Shown in pieces: positions 1 to 13,341 of a DNA stretch of 64,000 nt. The DNA is from Kudoa neothunni (taxonomy: Eukaryota > Animalia > Cnidaria). The notes under the pieces were generated by a model. The model saw only the letters and a program-made list of their open reading frames with translations, had not been told where the DNA came from and did no database searches. The DNA lies in contig OZ199840.1 in assembly GCA_964304625.1 (NCBI GenBank), forward strand, positions 7,633,744 to 7,697,743. The letters run 5' to 3'. Position 1 is the stretch's first letter, and each line of letters begins with the position of its first letter. Position numbers and translations under genes: made by a program.

Positions 1-1361
1 GAGTTATGTCACAACTAAAGATAATGTCAATAACCGAATCAAAAAGAGCAAAAAAGTAATAACAATCCTTTTTGATGTTTCTATGTCTGATGAGGAACTC
101 GATCCTCTGATTATTTGGCATTCTGCTAAGCCGAGATGCTTCAAAAATTTACAAAATCTTCCTCTAAAATATGCATGCAGGAAAAAAGGCATGGATGACT
201 GGTGATATATTTCTAAAATATATAACTGGCTTGAATAAGTTTTTTGAAAAAAAAAATCGAAGAACGTTGTTTTATTTCTCGACAATGCGACTTAGCATTT
301 TCACATGGATTTAAGTCAAATAAAAATGTTCTTTCCTCCTCAAAACAAGACAAGTGTTTTGCAGCCTTTAGACCAGGATATTATCCATTCATTCAAAGCG
401 GCATACAAAAGAGCAATGATAGAAAAATTTGTTGCATTCACAGAAGCTGGCTCTCTCCCAACTCCCCCCAATCTTCTGGAAGTTATGTTTCTAAATAAGG
501 AAGCGTGGCAGTCTGTAAGCAGTAAGACCATACAAAATCGTTTTAAAAAAGCTGTATTTTAATCCTCTAACGATAACGACGTCAATAATGAAGTTACACT
601 CCATGAAATGATAGAAATTGATGCGGAAATTGACGAGATGATTCTGGAAGAGAATAATAATTTTCAAATGGATATTGATGATTCAGATAGCGTACAGCAA
701 AGCATAGAAAAGATAGAAGAAGAACAACATGATGACGATATATCCCAAGATTTACTAGTCGAAAATATTTCTTCAACGGTAGTTATCGAATCAATTCAAA
801 AACTTAAATGTTTCTTTAAGCGTAATGCAGTTGATGAGTACAGATTGGTCCTAAAACTGGGAAGTACACTGTCAACCTTATTATTCGAAAAATTTAGCCA
901 AACTAAGATAACTGATTATTTCCATAAAAGCGATTCTTAAAGCCGTTTCTAATAGTTGTTTTTCATTATTTTTTATTAAAATTGATAATGATTGATGAGA
1001 TATAAAAAACAATTACAAACGTTTTCGGTTGTTACAATAAGTTAATTAAAAATTAATTATGTTAAAATTCATAACAGAAGAAATTTTTATTTTATCAAAA
1101 ATACGAAATTTATACAAAAAATTCATGCAAAAAGTATATAAGGGTTCGAACTAAATATCAATCAGTATATAAAAAAATTAAGTTTATTCATCTCAATAAT
1201 AGTATTATATGGTTTCATTCTGTATTGTTAATTATTTATATTGAATCAAACAGAAAATTACATGAGTTTTAATAAAAAAATCTGGCTTAGCCACTCTTCC
1301 AGTTATCAAATTCGCCCAAATGCGCACGCTCCAACAAGTACGAAAAATCGGTTGCCTACTG
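1..1361 (+). mobile_element. 3' part of a degenerate Tigger/pogo (Tc1-mariner) DNA transposon; DDE_1 transposase remnant with frameshifts/stops at 1-940
   Basis: ORF 305-562 carries FPPQNKTSVLQPLDQDIIHSFKAAY...EAWQSVSSKTIQNRFKKA, matching the pogo DDE_1 motif LQPLDQGII. ORF 608-940 ends QTKITDYF, typical of Tigger C-termini. Right TIR ATCGGTTGCCTACTG ends at 1361 followed by TA. Confidence 0.85.
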
Positions 1362-2015
1362 TATAACTAAAATTACACGAAGCAGGACAAAATAAGAAAT
1401 AACTAAAAATATAAAATTTTTATTTTATTTTTTTAAATAAACATAGTAATATTCAAATTGGCTTATACAACACATATTTTTCATTTTAGAGTTTGAATTC
1501 GTTTTGACATGCTAGTTGTGTAATTATCCAAGAGGGTCCATTGGACCCGGTGTGTCCAAAGCCCAAAGGGTTGTTTATTATTTACATAGAAACAAAAAAT
1601 CATACACAAGTTGGTAGATCGTATAAACGAAATAAAAATATAAACCAAATTTTTGAGCAGCCAGACACATTTAAGTTTTTCCGACTATGTTGAGAGTGCT
1701 ACAGTTAGTGAAATAATCATGAACACGTTCCAATGGACCCTGTTGTGCAGTAGCGAAATATTGTTGTGCGTACGTATTAATGTTAATTGATCAATTTTGT
1801 TATTTTTATTAATGATCCCAAATCCATTAAATTGTTAAATTTGTAAATGACCTTTAACCCCAATAAACCCGTACTGCAGCCATAGACTTTTCTGGTTAAC
1901 CCCTATGTAATCCATTTGAATGGTGAATACTTAACATTAATACATGTGGAAATTTTGATAGATATTACTCATACCAAGGCTCGAAAAAAACATCATTGCA
2001 TATAAATTTATCAAA

Positions 2016-2029
2016 TTCGCATGCGCGAT
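2016..2029. promoter_or_regulatory. NRF1/Ewg-like GCGCATGCGC-type element ~65 nt upstream of the VPS28 ATG
   Basis: TTCGCATGCGCGAT, a GC-rich near-palindrome in very AT-rich DNA; the same core recurs upstream of other genes in the window. Confidence 0.5.
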
Positions 2030-2088
2030 CATTAAATTCCAGGGCCCAGAGATCCTTTTTGAACAAGTACGTTGTTCCTTGTTGACAT

Positions 2089-3066
2089 ATGGACTCTTTG
2101 CAATCATCAGTTTCAACAGAGAATAGAAAAAAGTATATTACTTAATTATATGCAACCATTGATAACATTCGGCGTCAATTAGTGTAGATAATCAAGCGGA
2201 TTTGTTTTCAATTCTTGTTACATTGGACCATCTGGAGAGAATTTATATACGAGACCTCATTCAAGATGATATGTAAATTTTGATGTAGTTCAGTGTATTA
2301 ATGATCATTTTAGTTATTATTCACATTGCAGTAAACTTTTGGGCCAGTTCCAAGTATTTATTTGTTTGTTTGTTTCTTCGAGATTTGGTAATCAGACATC
2401 ACCTTTTAAAGACCCTTTTCAATCTAGTTAAATGTGATGATATTACTGATATTTCCACATTTGTTAGAAAATATAAAGTACAAGATTTAAGGTGTTTCTG
2501 GGGGTTGTTTTAAATTTCTTTTAGATCGATTGTCCATTCGCGTTGGAAAGAATTACCGCCGGCCAACCTCAAAACAGTACCTCTATAGAGAGTAATCCAA
2601 ACAGAGTGGCAAAAAATGTTGCACTTATTGTTGCCGTATTTCCATAACAATCAAAATGAATTTCTTTCTTATTTCAAATCTATAGTTGTTTATCACATTG
2701 ATGGATAAACTGAGACTAAATACCAGAGCTATGGATGATGTAATAGATCGGTTTTTGTGAGAGTTATTCTTACGAACAAATTTCTTTGGCGATAGATTAC
2801 CCCAGATTTAAAAGATTTGATCCACACTATCAAACTCTACAAAACCGGTACCAACACATTTAGTTTGGATATACTCGAGAAATGGTATCTATTGAATGTT
2901 GGAATAAACATCTGGTTTATAAAGTTTTTAACCGTAAGCTATTAGGTATGAAACACTAAGCAAAATGAAAGCCCATGATGAGCTTGACGATTTCCAAATA
3001 AGACAATTTTTGTATGATCTTGAAGTTCTTTACAGTGATTTTAATAAATCACTTCATGACACATAA
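2089..3066 (+). CDS. VPS28: ESCRT-I subunit VPS28 (8 exons, introns ~47-61 nt)
   Basis: Spliced translation: MDSLQSSVSTENRKNVDNQADLFSILVTLDHLERIYIRD...IDCPFALERI...LFITLMDKLRLNTRAMDDITPDLKDL...MKAHDELDDFQIRQFLYDLEVLYSDFNKSLHDT*. This matches VPS28 motifs FITVMDKLRL and DELDDSQVRQMLFDLE. Confidence 0.93.
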
Positions 3067-3289
3067 TCGATTTTATTGTTTATTTTTATTGACACTATTA
3101 CGTTTTTTTGAGTATGTTTATGTTTTGGGAATTATATGTGCTCCTATTGATTATCATCCGTGGTTAATATTTTTGTAACGATTAGATTTTGATTTTTGAA
3201 ATCTTTATTCAATATGATGAATAAATCTTACTGTTTAATTCCTACTTATAAATATAAAATTTCTAATTTTTGAGAGGAATGTGCAACAA

Positions 3290-3405
3290 GTTGTTGGAGT
3301 TGGAATTCGACCTGACTTAGCGAATTAAAAGGTGTAGGTGTTTATTAAGCCCTATTGGTGATCGACGCACATGGAAATTGGCGGATTATAAGCCTCACAT
3401 AATAA
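3290..3405 (-). repeat. Dispersed repeat with a tRNA-like segment (copy 1 of 3)
   Basis: Similar to 16830-16945 and, as reverse complement, to 28605-28712; minus strand has CTTTTAA and the B-box-like GGTCGAATTCC. Confidence 0.5.
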
Positions 3406-4294
3406 ATATGATAATTAAAGTCGTGGAATCAATAATTCAGTTTCAAAATTTTCATTTTAATATATAATAATAATTTCAAATCATTAAAAATGAAATCTGA
3501 ACAAAAAAATATCCAAGATTCATTCCGGGAGTAATTAATTGAATCATGATATAATTAGGAATTATACTTCAAAATATAAACTTTATAGGATTGGTACAAT
3601 AAAACGTATCTACAATTTCAAAATCGCGACCAATAATAAAGCATCACTCGTAAAAAATCAATATGAGGTTAAGTTGTTTTAACCAGATTAGACAAAAATC
3701 AACCTTTCGAAATCGTTTAATCATTCTATGCCCAATTTTTTTGTTTTCGGCCTAAAGATAATATATTGCGTTTATAAATGGTTATTTATAACGAGTTAAA
3801 ACATTCGAAAACGAATTTATCAGCCGTTATAATCAAATCACAGGAAATAATGAAAATTAAGTAAAAATCATATTGGTATGTATTACTAACACGTAAAAAT
3901 ATCAATTTTATTATTAAATGCATTGAAAATTTAGTTTTTATCTGAGTTGTAAACAATAGCTTATAATAATGAATATTCTTACATGGATGAACTTTTTTGC
4001 GCTCGCGCGCCAATTTTGGAGCCAACTTTTTATTTTCAAACTATTCAATATCTTAAAATATTTAAAACGGAAGCTTTAAAAATGAGGTACAATAAATTGC
4101 TGCTCCATATAAAAAATATATAAAGTTGATGCTTTCAAAAAGAGGTCCAACAGATTGAGTTTTAGTCTATGTATTTTATTCTTGAAGTAAACATACTATA
4201 TAATTATAAATAACGACAATAATTGTTCATTCAATAATACGCAATAATAATCCTTCTATAAATTTTTTGATTTAATTTCTCAAATTATAAAATA

Positions 4295-5447
4295 CTAGCG
4301 CGAACTGCCCAGCGTTGCTTGGGGAAGATTTTGCCTAGATACGCTTTTTAATAGCATTCAAAAAATATATTGAAGTTTTGAATCAACCCATAGAAACAAA
4401 ATAACTAAAAAATTTTATCCATCATACTTCAACTATTTGGATTAAGCAATTTAAATTATGATCATTTCTTTGAAGAAGGAGCGTTCATTTAAAAATTTCG
4501 TGGCTCGGCACCAACGCTAAATAACATAAGGTTAGCATCGTATTTTTTCATTCCCAAATTATTTAAATTCCGTTAAAGTGTTATCCAAAACGTTGTTTTT
4601 TGACTAGGGGATTTTTAAAAGTCGAATTCTGGCCCGGCTCTGGAACTGTGTGCACCACTAACTTTTGAAGAGATAAAAAAATAGAGGAAGTAATAGAGAT
4701 AGAAGAAAACGTATAAAAACTAATTGATATTGCTAAAATTAGCATCGCTTGACCCGGCATAAACATTAATGCATTTCTCCCAACCAAACAGCTAAAAATC
4801 GCTTTAATATCAACATAAATAATTTATATAATTAGATAAAGTGAGAGTACAACCATCTGCATTGAATCTAATCATTGAAAGTTCAACATAGCGGACGATT
4901 TTAATGAAATCCAAGGACCCAGCGCTTGCATTATAATTCTTTAATCTATCCTATTATAACATGCTCAACCAATTCGCTATTAATGATTCGAATATAGACT
5001 TTTGTTCATATCTAAAACAATGAATAGAACTTTTAAAATATACTTATCAAGTCATATACGTTAAAACTCCACGAATAAGGAGTGTATATGTGAAAAACCA
5101 AAAATATACACGTAACATTATATACAAAGTCAGATGGCAGCAATTAACCAACATTTTATAGAGTGTATAAAGGGAAAGGTTAACTTAAACCAACCATCCG
5201 AAGGTCATAAATAGGTGTTAATCCTATTGTTGAACTCAAGTAATCTCATAAACAAACGTTGAATCGACAAAATCACCATTTTCTAAATATTTCTAGGAAT
5301 ATTTGATAGTGTGAAAACGATTTAAAGATTTGTTGAAACATTGTGATTTTTAAAAAATTTAATAAGTGTCTCTGTATAAGGAAACAAATTTGACGCACAT
5401 GCGTACTTGCTGATACATACACGGACACTTTAGCTTTATATATATGA
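4295..5447 (-). mobile_element. Non-autonomous Helitron (DINE-1/Lep1-like architecture), copy A
   Basis: Minus strand starts A|TCATATATATAAAGCTAAAGTGTCCGTGTATG and ends with hairpin CCCAAGCAACGCTGGG plus CTAG|T; the terminal ~120 nt match 15277-15394 as reverse complement. Confidence 0.8.
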
Positions 5448-6153
5448 TGGTAGATGATAAAATTTTTAAAAGTTTATTAAACAGTTGTGCAAAAATTTGA
5501 TGAGCCGAGATGGAAAAATAACGTTTTAGACAACACTTTTAGGAGAATTTATATAATTTAGGCATGAAAAATAAATAGGACACTAACATTCAATTATTTA
5601 GTGTTGGTTGGTAGCCACAAAACTTTTAATTGAAGCTCGAGGTTTGTACACCCCGCCCAGAAATGATCATGATTTAATCTTCGCTAATCACAATCGTTAA
5701 AATGTTATGCTTTAAAAAAGTTTTAGTCAGACTCCATTTATGGCTTAATTTGAATATAAATATATTTTTCGAATGTTTCGTAGAAATCTCTCGCGCCAAT
5801 TACTCCTGGGACACAGCTGGGCAGTTCGCTCTAATTAAAACTAAACTCTTAGATCACATTCCGATACATTACCGAGATACTATGAGACGTTTGTAATCTC
5901 CGCACCATCCTTTATTAAAAAATCCCTCGATTTTTTCGCTCTAAAATCAAGAACCAGCTCCAACTGCAGTAGTAGTAGGTATACATTTAATTTCACTTAG
6001 GACGGGACAAATGTTATAATAAGCACATCCTTAATTAAAATTCTTATTCTTTTAAAAAATAGAAATCTGAAAGTTTGGAAAAAATCAACGTTTAGAAAAC
6101 TAACAATTTAAGATTTTGTTATTAAGTCAACACAAAGCATGTGTGGCAATATA

Positions 6154-7206
6154 CAGTCGAACCCCGTTTGTCCGAAAATGTTGGGACCAGGCATTTCCCT
6201 TTCGGATATTGAAATTTCGGTAAAACGAAGTTGGATGAGTGTGCATATGCGGCGGGAAAAAATTGTAGATTGGATACATCATTATTTTTCGTTATTCAAT
6301 GTTTGTTTTCTATTTTTAACGCATATTTTATTCTATATACATATATATATATATATATACATAAGTTATGCCTGTGAATACAATGTGATAACATTAGTTT
6401 AAGGTACAGTAGTTTTAGATCCAGCGTAATCTGTGTACGCACACCACAGATGTGTGCGGCTTTAACACCACCGCGCCATACTTGAATGATAAATTCTAGA
6501 TTCTAAAAATAGACCATTGTTATTAATTTTTTATAATTTATTTTCAATTGGTTATCGTGATCTGTACTAATAATGATGGTTATAATAATAAAATAACAAT
6601 GAGGAGTATTTTCCCAGAATTCTCCATAACGATAATTAGAATTTCCTCATTAATTAAAATGTCATATTCCAACAATTTAATATTTATTAAGGATTGTAAA
6701 GACTCAATAAGACCTAAAAATGGAGGTGTTATGGGAAAAAACTGATGTGTGAACATAGTTGAATTGAGTCAATTCCGTGGATAAATTGGTCTTATGAAGT
6801 TGCTGCTAGTTTGTGATTAAACAATCAATAAATTCTATTTTAATATTTTATTACTCATGAAAAAATATAAGGGAATTTGTCTTTACCCAACATTATTCGT
6901 TCATCATGAACATAAAATACTATATTATCTATGTTACGTCATTTCTATTAATCAAACATAAATTTAAATTGAATATATAATGAACACATGTATCAACAAA
7001 ATAAATTTAGGTGCTATTTTAACCAGGCGCTAATCCATAATTTAAGGCATTTTTATCGGAGAATTCCAGCCCAAAATTGTTTCGGATTGCGGTTGCTGAA
7101 AGTTCGGTTAAACGAAAATTTTTTATTTAAAACCTACATCATTTTCAAATAAATTTTAAAGAAATCATTCGGATAGCGCGATTTTCGGATAAACGGGGTT
7201 CGACTG
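6154..7206. mobile_element. pogo/Tc1-type MITE with TA target duplication
   Basis: TIRs CAGTCGAACCCCGTTTGTCCGAAAAT / ATTTTCGGATAAACGGGGTTCGACTG match at 25/26 positions; TA on both sides. Confidence 0.88.
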
Positions 7207-7729
7207 TAATACATCATAAACCGGCGTACGCAGCAGAAATTTAAAATGTACGTCGTTGAGAGGCTGGCCAATTTGACAGAGACATTCAATCCACGTATTT
7301 GCGGAAATATCTGCAACATCTATTATATGAGTCTGAGTGTTTCTCTTATCGCCTCCTCAATGATTGGTAGAACGAGTAGAACACCATGGAAAAGAATGAT
7401 GAGCACTGGCACCGTAGGAGGTACTTTATCGAAATAATTCTGCATATTTTATACCATCTTCAATATAGTGTCGACCGTCGTTCTCGGATATTCCATTTAT
7501 TCTCTCTATAGGGACGGAACCGGCCCCTGATATTGTGATTCAAACAATAGACTAATAGTCTATCAAATTAATTATATCCATTTTTGAAAAGATAATTTTT
7601 CCGTGTTTTGTTAAATTTGAGACACATTTTTGGCGTGTAAAAATCGAGTTAACCCCCTCCGAATTTTCTCGACCATCTCCGAATACATTAAACCCCGCTT
7701 TGCGTACGTTTTGGCCGTGTGTCTGGGTG

Positions 7730-8730
7730 ATGGCAGAGGACAGCAGTACGTATAATTTGTGGCGTGTACGGCACACATTAACGCAGGTTTGTTGGAGTGG
7801 ATGTTTACTGTTCATCTTGTGGTAGATGGTGCATGATCGTGGTTATCTTGTGGTTCAGGAAGAATTGGATATGACCTTTGAACAATTTAAAGATATTTTT
7901 GGTGAAGAACCTTCGTATATTAAATCACTTTTCACGCATTATCTAATATGATACCAACCAGCCGTAGCTCATTGTCAATTGTAGTCGCTCACAGCAACGA
8001 TGCTTCAGGTTTATTGTCTCTTGACGCCGAACAAATAAACAACTATCATTGATTGTAGATCAAATGTTTATCTTTTTCCCAGATGAAGAAAAAATCAACA
8101 CAAAAACTATTAAACAGTAACCATTTTTCTATTTTCTACTTATTTTCTCTAATTTACCTATAGATACTGTCAAAAGCTTCAGGAAGAAAATGTTTCAAGA
8201 GCTATTCTGGTGGTGAGAAGTTCTTTAACGCCCTCAGCACGACAAGTATTCTTTTTTGGTAGACTTAATTGTATTTGATGTCTGATGGTGATTATTAGGC
8301 TATCGCTGAACTAGCCCCTAAGTACATTCTGGAATCGTTCGTGGAGCAAGAGCTTTACGTAAATATCACAGAACATGAAGTATGATTTCTTATGTATTCT
8401 GACTTATTGTTTTATTTTTATGCTTACTAATAAATGGTCATTAAATTTTATTGTATTTTTTTCAATCTAGCTCGTTCCTGAACATATAATAATGGCTGAA
8501 CAAGAAAAAAAGGAACTTTTACAACGTTACAAGTTGAAAGACCATCAACTACCACGTATTCAATCAAACGATCCTGTTGCCCGTTACTTGGGAGCTATGA
8601 AAGGACAGGTATGATCGTGTTGGATGAATTTTGTCTGTTCAATGAATTTATGTTACTTGAATAGGTTTTGAAAATTATCAGACCTAGCGAAACAGCCGGT
8701 AGATACGTCACCTACAGGTTAGTTCAATGA
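7730..8730 (+). CDS. POLR2E: RNA polymerase I/II/III shared subunit RPB5 (8 exons)
   Basis: Spliced translation: [41 protein letters not shown]...[10 protein letters not shown]...[15 protein letters not shown]...[16 protein letters not shown]...[19 protein letters not shown]. Confidence 0.97.
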
Positions 8731-11453
8731 AACCATTAGCTGAAAACATTCGTTTGTTTAATAGTTTGTGTGTAGTGATATCTAATTTCTTTTTGTTTTC
8801 GTAATAAAAACACGTCTGCGACTAATTATGACTAAATCCTGCCCCAATTGAGCATGGGTCTAAAATATAAGATTATGCTCTTGATAATGTGTGCCCTTTA
8901 GAAATTCGGGGATGTTGCACAATATTAAATGTCTATTGGACTTTCATGTTTAATCCTGTAGTCATAATTTTAATCAAATTATCATGATATCAACTTTTTT
9001 TAAATATATGATGAAAATTTCAATGTTTGCCTGTCAGGTTGTGGACATCCTCAAATTGAAGGTTCTAGGTGTTTATAAATTTACCCGAACATCGTGTAAA
9101 TAATTATTGACTATTATTTCTTTGGTAGAGGAACTTGGTGTTAATAATTTAAAACATTTTTGTTATCGAACGTTACGAGGTGAACCTTTAATCAATGTTC
9201 AGCGACTTAGTAAGGAGAAAATTTTATTATAAATAATTATTTTTATATAATGGGGGAAAATTTATTAAATAAGGTCATATGCCTTTTATCGATTAAAATA
9301 ATAGATGTTGTAAACCATTTTATTAATCAAATAAGAAAAGTTATGTTGGATTATTAAGTGAAACGTGTGAAGACAGCAAATATTAAAACAGACTTCAATC
9401 GAAAAAAATGTTATTAATGTGATTTAAATTTTGAAAATTCAAACTATCTTTATACTGCTTTTTTGAAACAGATATTCAAGACTGGAGCTACGAGTGGCAA
9501 TATCTTGAGTTCAGACATCCACCGCGGCTCAGTACTCAATACTCAGTACTTGGGAAATTTTTTAAAATTAATCGGATCCTTTTTCATTTCGTTCAATCTG
9601 ATGGAAAAAGTAGGATATTATATTTTTTACTTTCTTCCTGATGCATTTACATTGGTGAGTAGTTATAAATCAACAGAACCTTAATTAAAATCGATATTAA
9701 ATGAGAAAATTTCAAGTTGTCATTACAATAATAATTATCAAAATAACTCTCTTAGTAGAAACAAAAACAAATCGTCACTGTTTAATTTTTGATTTTAAGC
9801 TTCATTGTAGTTATTTTTGTTTTCTCTTTTTAATTCAATTCGTCATATATTGACAGTGTGAGGAAAATCTTAGTCAATTGTAAAGTGAATAGAAAGAATA
9901 TCCGGTTAATCGATTTTCCGCGTATTCTGGTTATATTTGGCTACACAGAGGGGGATTTAAGCTTCTGAAGACCTTGGGGTAAAAATTACCTCAAATCAAA
10001 GTTAATTTACTGAAACCTTTTTTTGTTTTATAAAATTTGGGCTAATTCAGAGTATCCTAATATATTTTATTTATTTTGTTAAAAAAGAAATAAATAGGTT
10101 CTTATAAGAAAAAATTTTAAGTTAAATTTGACAAAAAAATATCAATATATGGAATCCCATTTATTTCGTTATATTTAATGATTTAACATCAAACAAAATA
10201 TTACAAAATCTAGTAGATATACTCATTCAAAATAATACGTATTTTTCCGACGTATGCTTGCATAATAAATATGTAGAATAAATTACGCATTGAGTATACG
10301 ATATAAATAATAAATTTTTGAGAAAACCCTTCCCTAAGCTCTCCGAATGCAATAAGCCCAATATAATATTATTTGAGTAATCTGAATATTTGTTTGATTA
10401 ATATTTTTGGTAATAGAAACCAAAGAAAATAAAGGATGTATTGATGTTTTTGTCATTTTCACGAGGAAAAAAGTTAATGTGATTTTGTTTCTTTTCTTGA
10501 AAGAATGATGATAATGTTGTAGAACGAGATTTTCTTTTTATCATTACTTGTAATGTGCGGTTGATACAGTCTTTTGACTTACTCTCTTCAAGAAAGTACA
10601 TCGAAATTTATTACGTGCATATTAAGTATACGCTTAGCTCGAAGGAATTAGGTTAGTAAATAGGAGTTTTGATGAAGAATGATGTGAACCACTTAAATTA
10701 CAACAATTCTAAGATGAACTCTTTATATTCAATAGTTTAATTAAATAATAAAATAATTTTACAATGCGAATTTACTGGTTCAATTTGAATAGGGGTTTTA
10801 TTAAGTCATCCCAGTATTATTGCTTTTGGTTTATTGTGATTGGTTAGATTTTTGTTTCCTTTAATGAAATTATTGAAATTATTTTAAGTTAATTATTTCA
10901 CTACTAGTACAAAAATTTATATGCAATCGGTGCAGTCCGAAGCCAATTATGTTTAACCTTTCAGGTCTGTATATAGTCCATTGAAACCCCAAAACGACGT
11001 GGTATGTTGGTAATTTTAGAGAGTTAAGATTAATGAAGGATAAGATGAGTTTCAATTTTTTTTATGAAAAAATCAAATAATAAAGTTTAACCAAATAAAC
11101 TTTTAACCATCCACATCTTTAAAAACCTTGAAAATTGTCAGATTTTAATCATGAAGTAACAGCAAAATGATTAAGTTGTGTTGGAATATCTACTACAATC
11201 ATTATCAGGTAGTTTAAGTCACCCGATTTTTTAATTTATAATAAATCATTATTTTTCTTTTAAATCAACTAGTAAATAAAAGTTTACTTAATTCCGATCA
11301 AAACTAGACCTTTGATTGAACAATATCAAATTTTTCGATATTTAAAATATCAAAAAAAGCTTCCGGTTCTGATGATGCTACACAAAGAAATTTGATAAAA
11401 ACCAATATCGGCGTGAATATCGTAAAAATTAAGTTTGACAACAGCAGGATTTA

Positions 11454-13341
11454 CTATCCAGGGATTTGCTCATGAGGAAGGTAACTGGACAGACGAATAT
11501 CAAAAAAGGCGTCCTCCTTCAATTTTCTTAGGTTGGTTTCCGTTGTGTTCAAAACTAAAAACATCTATAAAATCTAAACAATAACTAACTGAAATACGAG
11601 GTTTTGAAAAGTCATCTGCGAAAACTATTTGAGGGGCATCTATGTTGATACTTTCAGTATCGTAGTGAATATCGAGAATTTCATCTTGAAACACAAACAA
11701 ATTTTGCTAACGCCCACAAAAGTTTTAATTTACCGACAGGCTTTTTACAAAGATAATAATGAGAGTTGGTACACAAATCGGTCGACCAAACACCAGCATG
11801 GTCAATAGCTGCACAGTCTTCTGATTTTTCTTGTTCAACTGAGTTTTTTGATTTTTTATCCCAGTTTTCATAATTGTAGGGGCCTGTATAAGTAAAACTG
11901 ACCACAGAGTTACCGCTTCAAAAATTATACTTGTTTCGTTATCGCTCCACACGTATTTTCCCTCATTTTCAATATCGTTATATCCTATCCATGCCTTTCT
12001 ACATATTTTCATTAATAGTTATTCGTTAGAACTATTTTCTTACCCACAAGGTCTAACTTGTTCTTTAACAAAATCATTTTCCTCATCATCTATAATACTC
12101 GCAAGTTCGCCATCAACTTCTTTGCATTGTTGTTTGGCATCGTTCCATGTTGTGAAGTTGGCTACCAACCTAAAGCAGAATGTCTTGTATGTAGTTTCAA
12201 ATTTTTTCCACAAAACGGGGCAGTCTAAATTTTTCAGTACACCAGATTTAGAGGCATTGAGTGTTGATAATACTTCGTTTATAATAGACATTGCTTGACG
12301 ATTTATATTTAAAAGTTCTAAATATCCAACGTTTCATGAACGGGCCATTCAAATCAGATGCAGCCTCCACCACGAATATAGTATGTTTGTTCTGTTTACC
12401 AAATTTGGCTTTGATCGCGTTCACCTAAAGTTATTTTATTCTCAATTAGTTCATATATCGATAGAAAACATACCACGATAGGGTATCCAAATTTGTAACC
12501 AACGTATGTGTCATTTTTTGCGTTGAAACGATTCGCTTTATTCTCAAACCAACCATTGGAAAAAATCATGCGGTTTTTTAGATGATCTTTTTCGGATTGT
12601 CCCTTGTATTGACCTACCATAATAATAAGTGCTTTTCGAATAAATAAATTAATTAATTAACTAAGTATGTGTTCGGTTGTAACTGCATCTTTGTCCAATG
12701 CATTATGATAGAACAATAACGATTTGATCATCAGGGGCTTCGGATTCGAAATTATCGCTCTCACTCTCCAAAATTCTCTTGGAGCTAAATTTAATAAATT
12801 AAATCATCGGGTTTGTATTAGGTATAACGAGCGCTCCAGTTAGCAGTCAATCTCACCTGTTTCTTCTTCACTACAGTAACCGCAGGATCTTCTACAAAAT
12901 GAATACGTATAAGATTCATGCTCGGCGCAGAAACAAGGATCTTTCGATTGCACACATACACTCCGACTTACTTGTGGATGATCTGAGCATTTAAACACTC
13001 TGTCTATATCCATCAATAATATCCCATCCTCTCCCGCGTCCAAGTCTAGATAGCGGGAGCAAAAATATATTACTTTGGTGTGCTAGCAATTCAGGTGAAT
13101 CTGCCAATGCACTGTCGTAAAGTTGTGGGATACTTCCTTCGATGGTATTATTATTAAATGAAAATGATTGGTTTTTTGTCGTTTAATATATTTGATTGGA
13201 TTTGCTGCTTTAGTTTATCGGTAAAATTAGTGGCTTTGTTACAACCTAGGATACTGACATCATTTTGCTCCAGTGTCAACTCTAAAATTTACCGATTGTT
13301 TTCGCAATTATTAAAAGAATAAAAAAAATAAGCCATTTCAT
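11454..13341 (-). CDS. Secreted multidomain protein: signal peptide, KR site, ShKT domain, unassigned beta-rich domain, C-type lectin-like domain (multi-exon; 3' end uncertain)
   Basis: N-terminus MKWLIFFILLIIAKTIA(A)NPIKYIKRQ. ShK signature C..C..C..FCRRSCGYC at ~12870-12995. CTLD: CPVLWKKF..FCFRLVANFTTWNDAKQQCKEVDGELASI...AWIGYNDIENEGKYVWSD...EDCAAIDHAGVWSTDLCTNSHYYLCKK. An all GT-AG path gives an open frame. Confidence 0.8.

Noticed and set aside
13040-13245. Apparent +1 frameshifts at homopolymers in the lectin gene, suggesting programmed frameshifting or assembly error
   Set aside because: Using the acceptor at 13205/13208 and a 51-nt GT-AG intron (GTATCCC...TTGCTAG) gives a fully open frame, so no frameshift is needed
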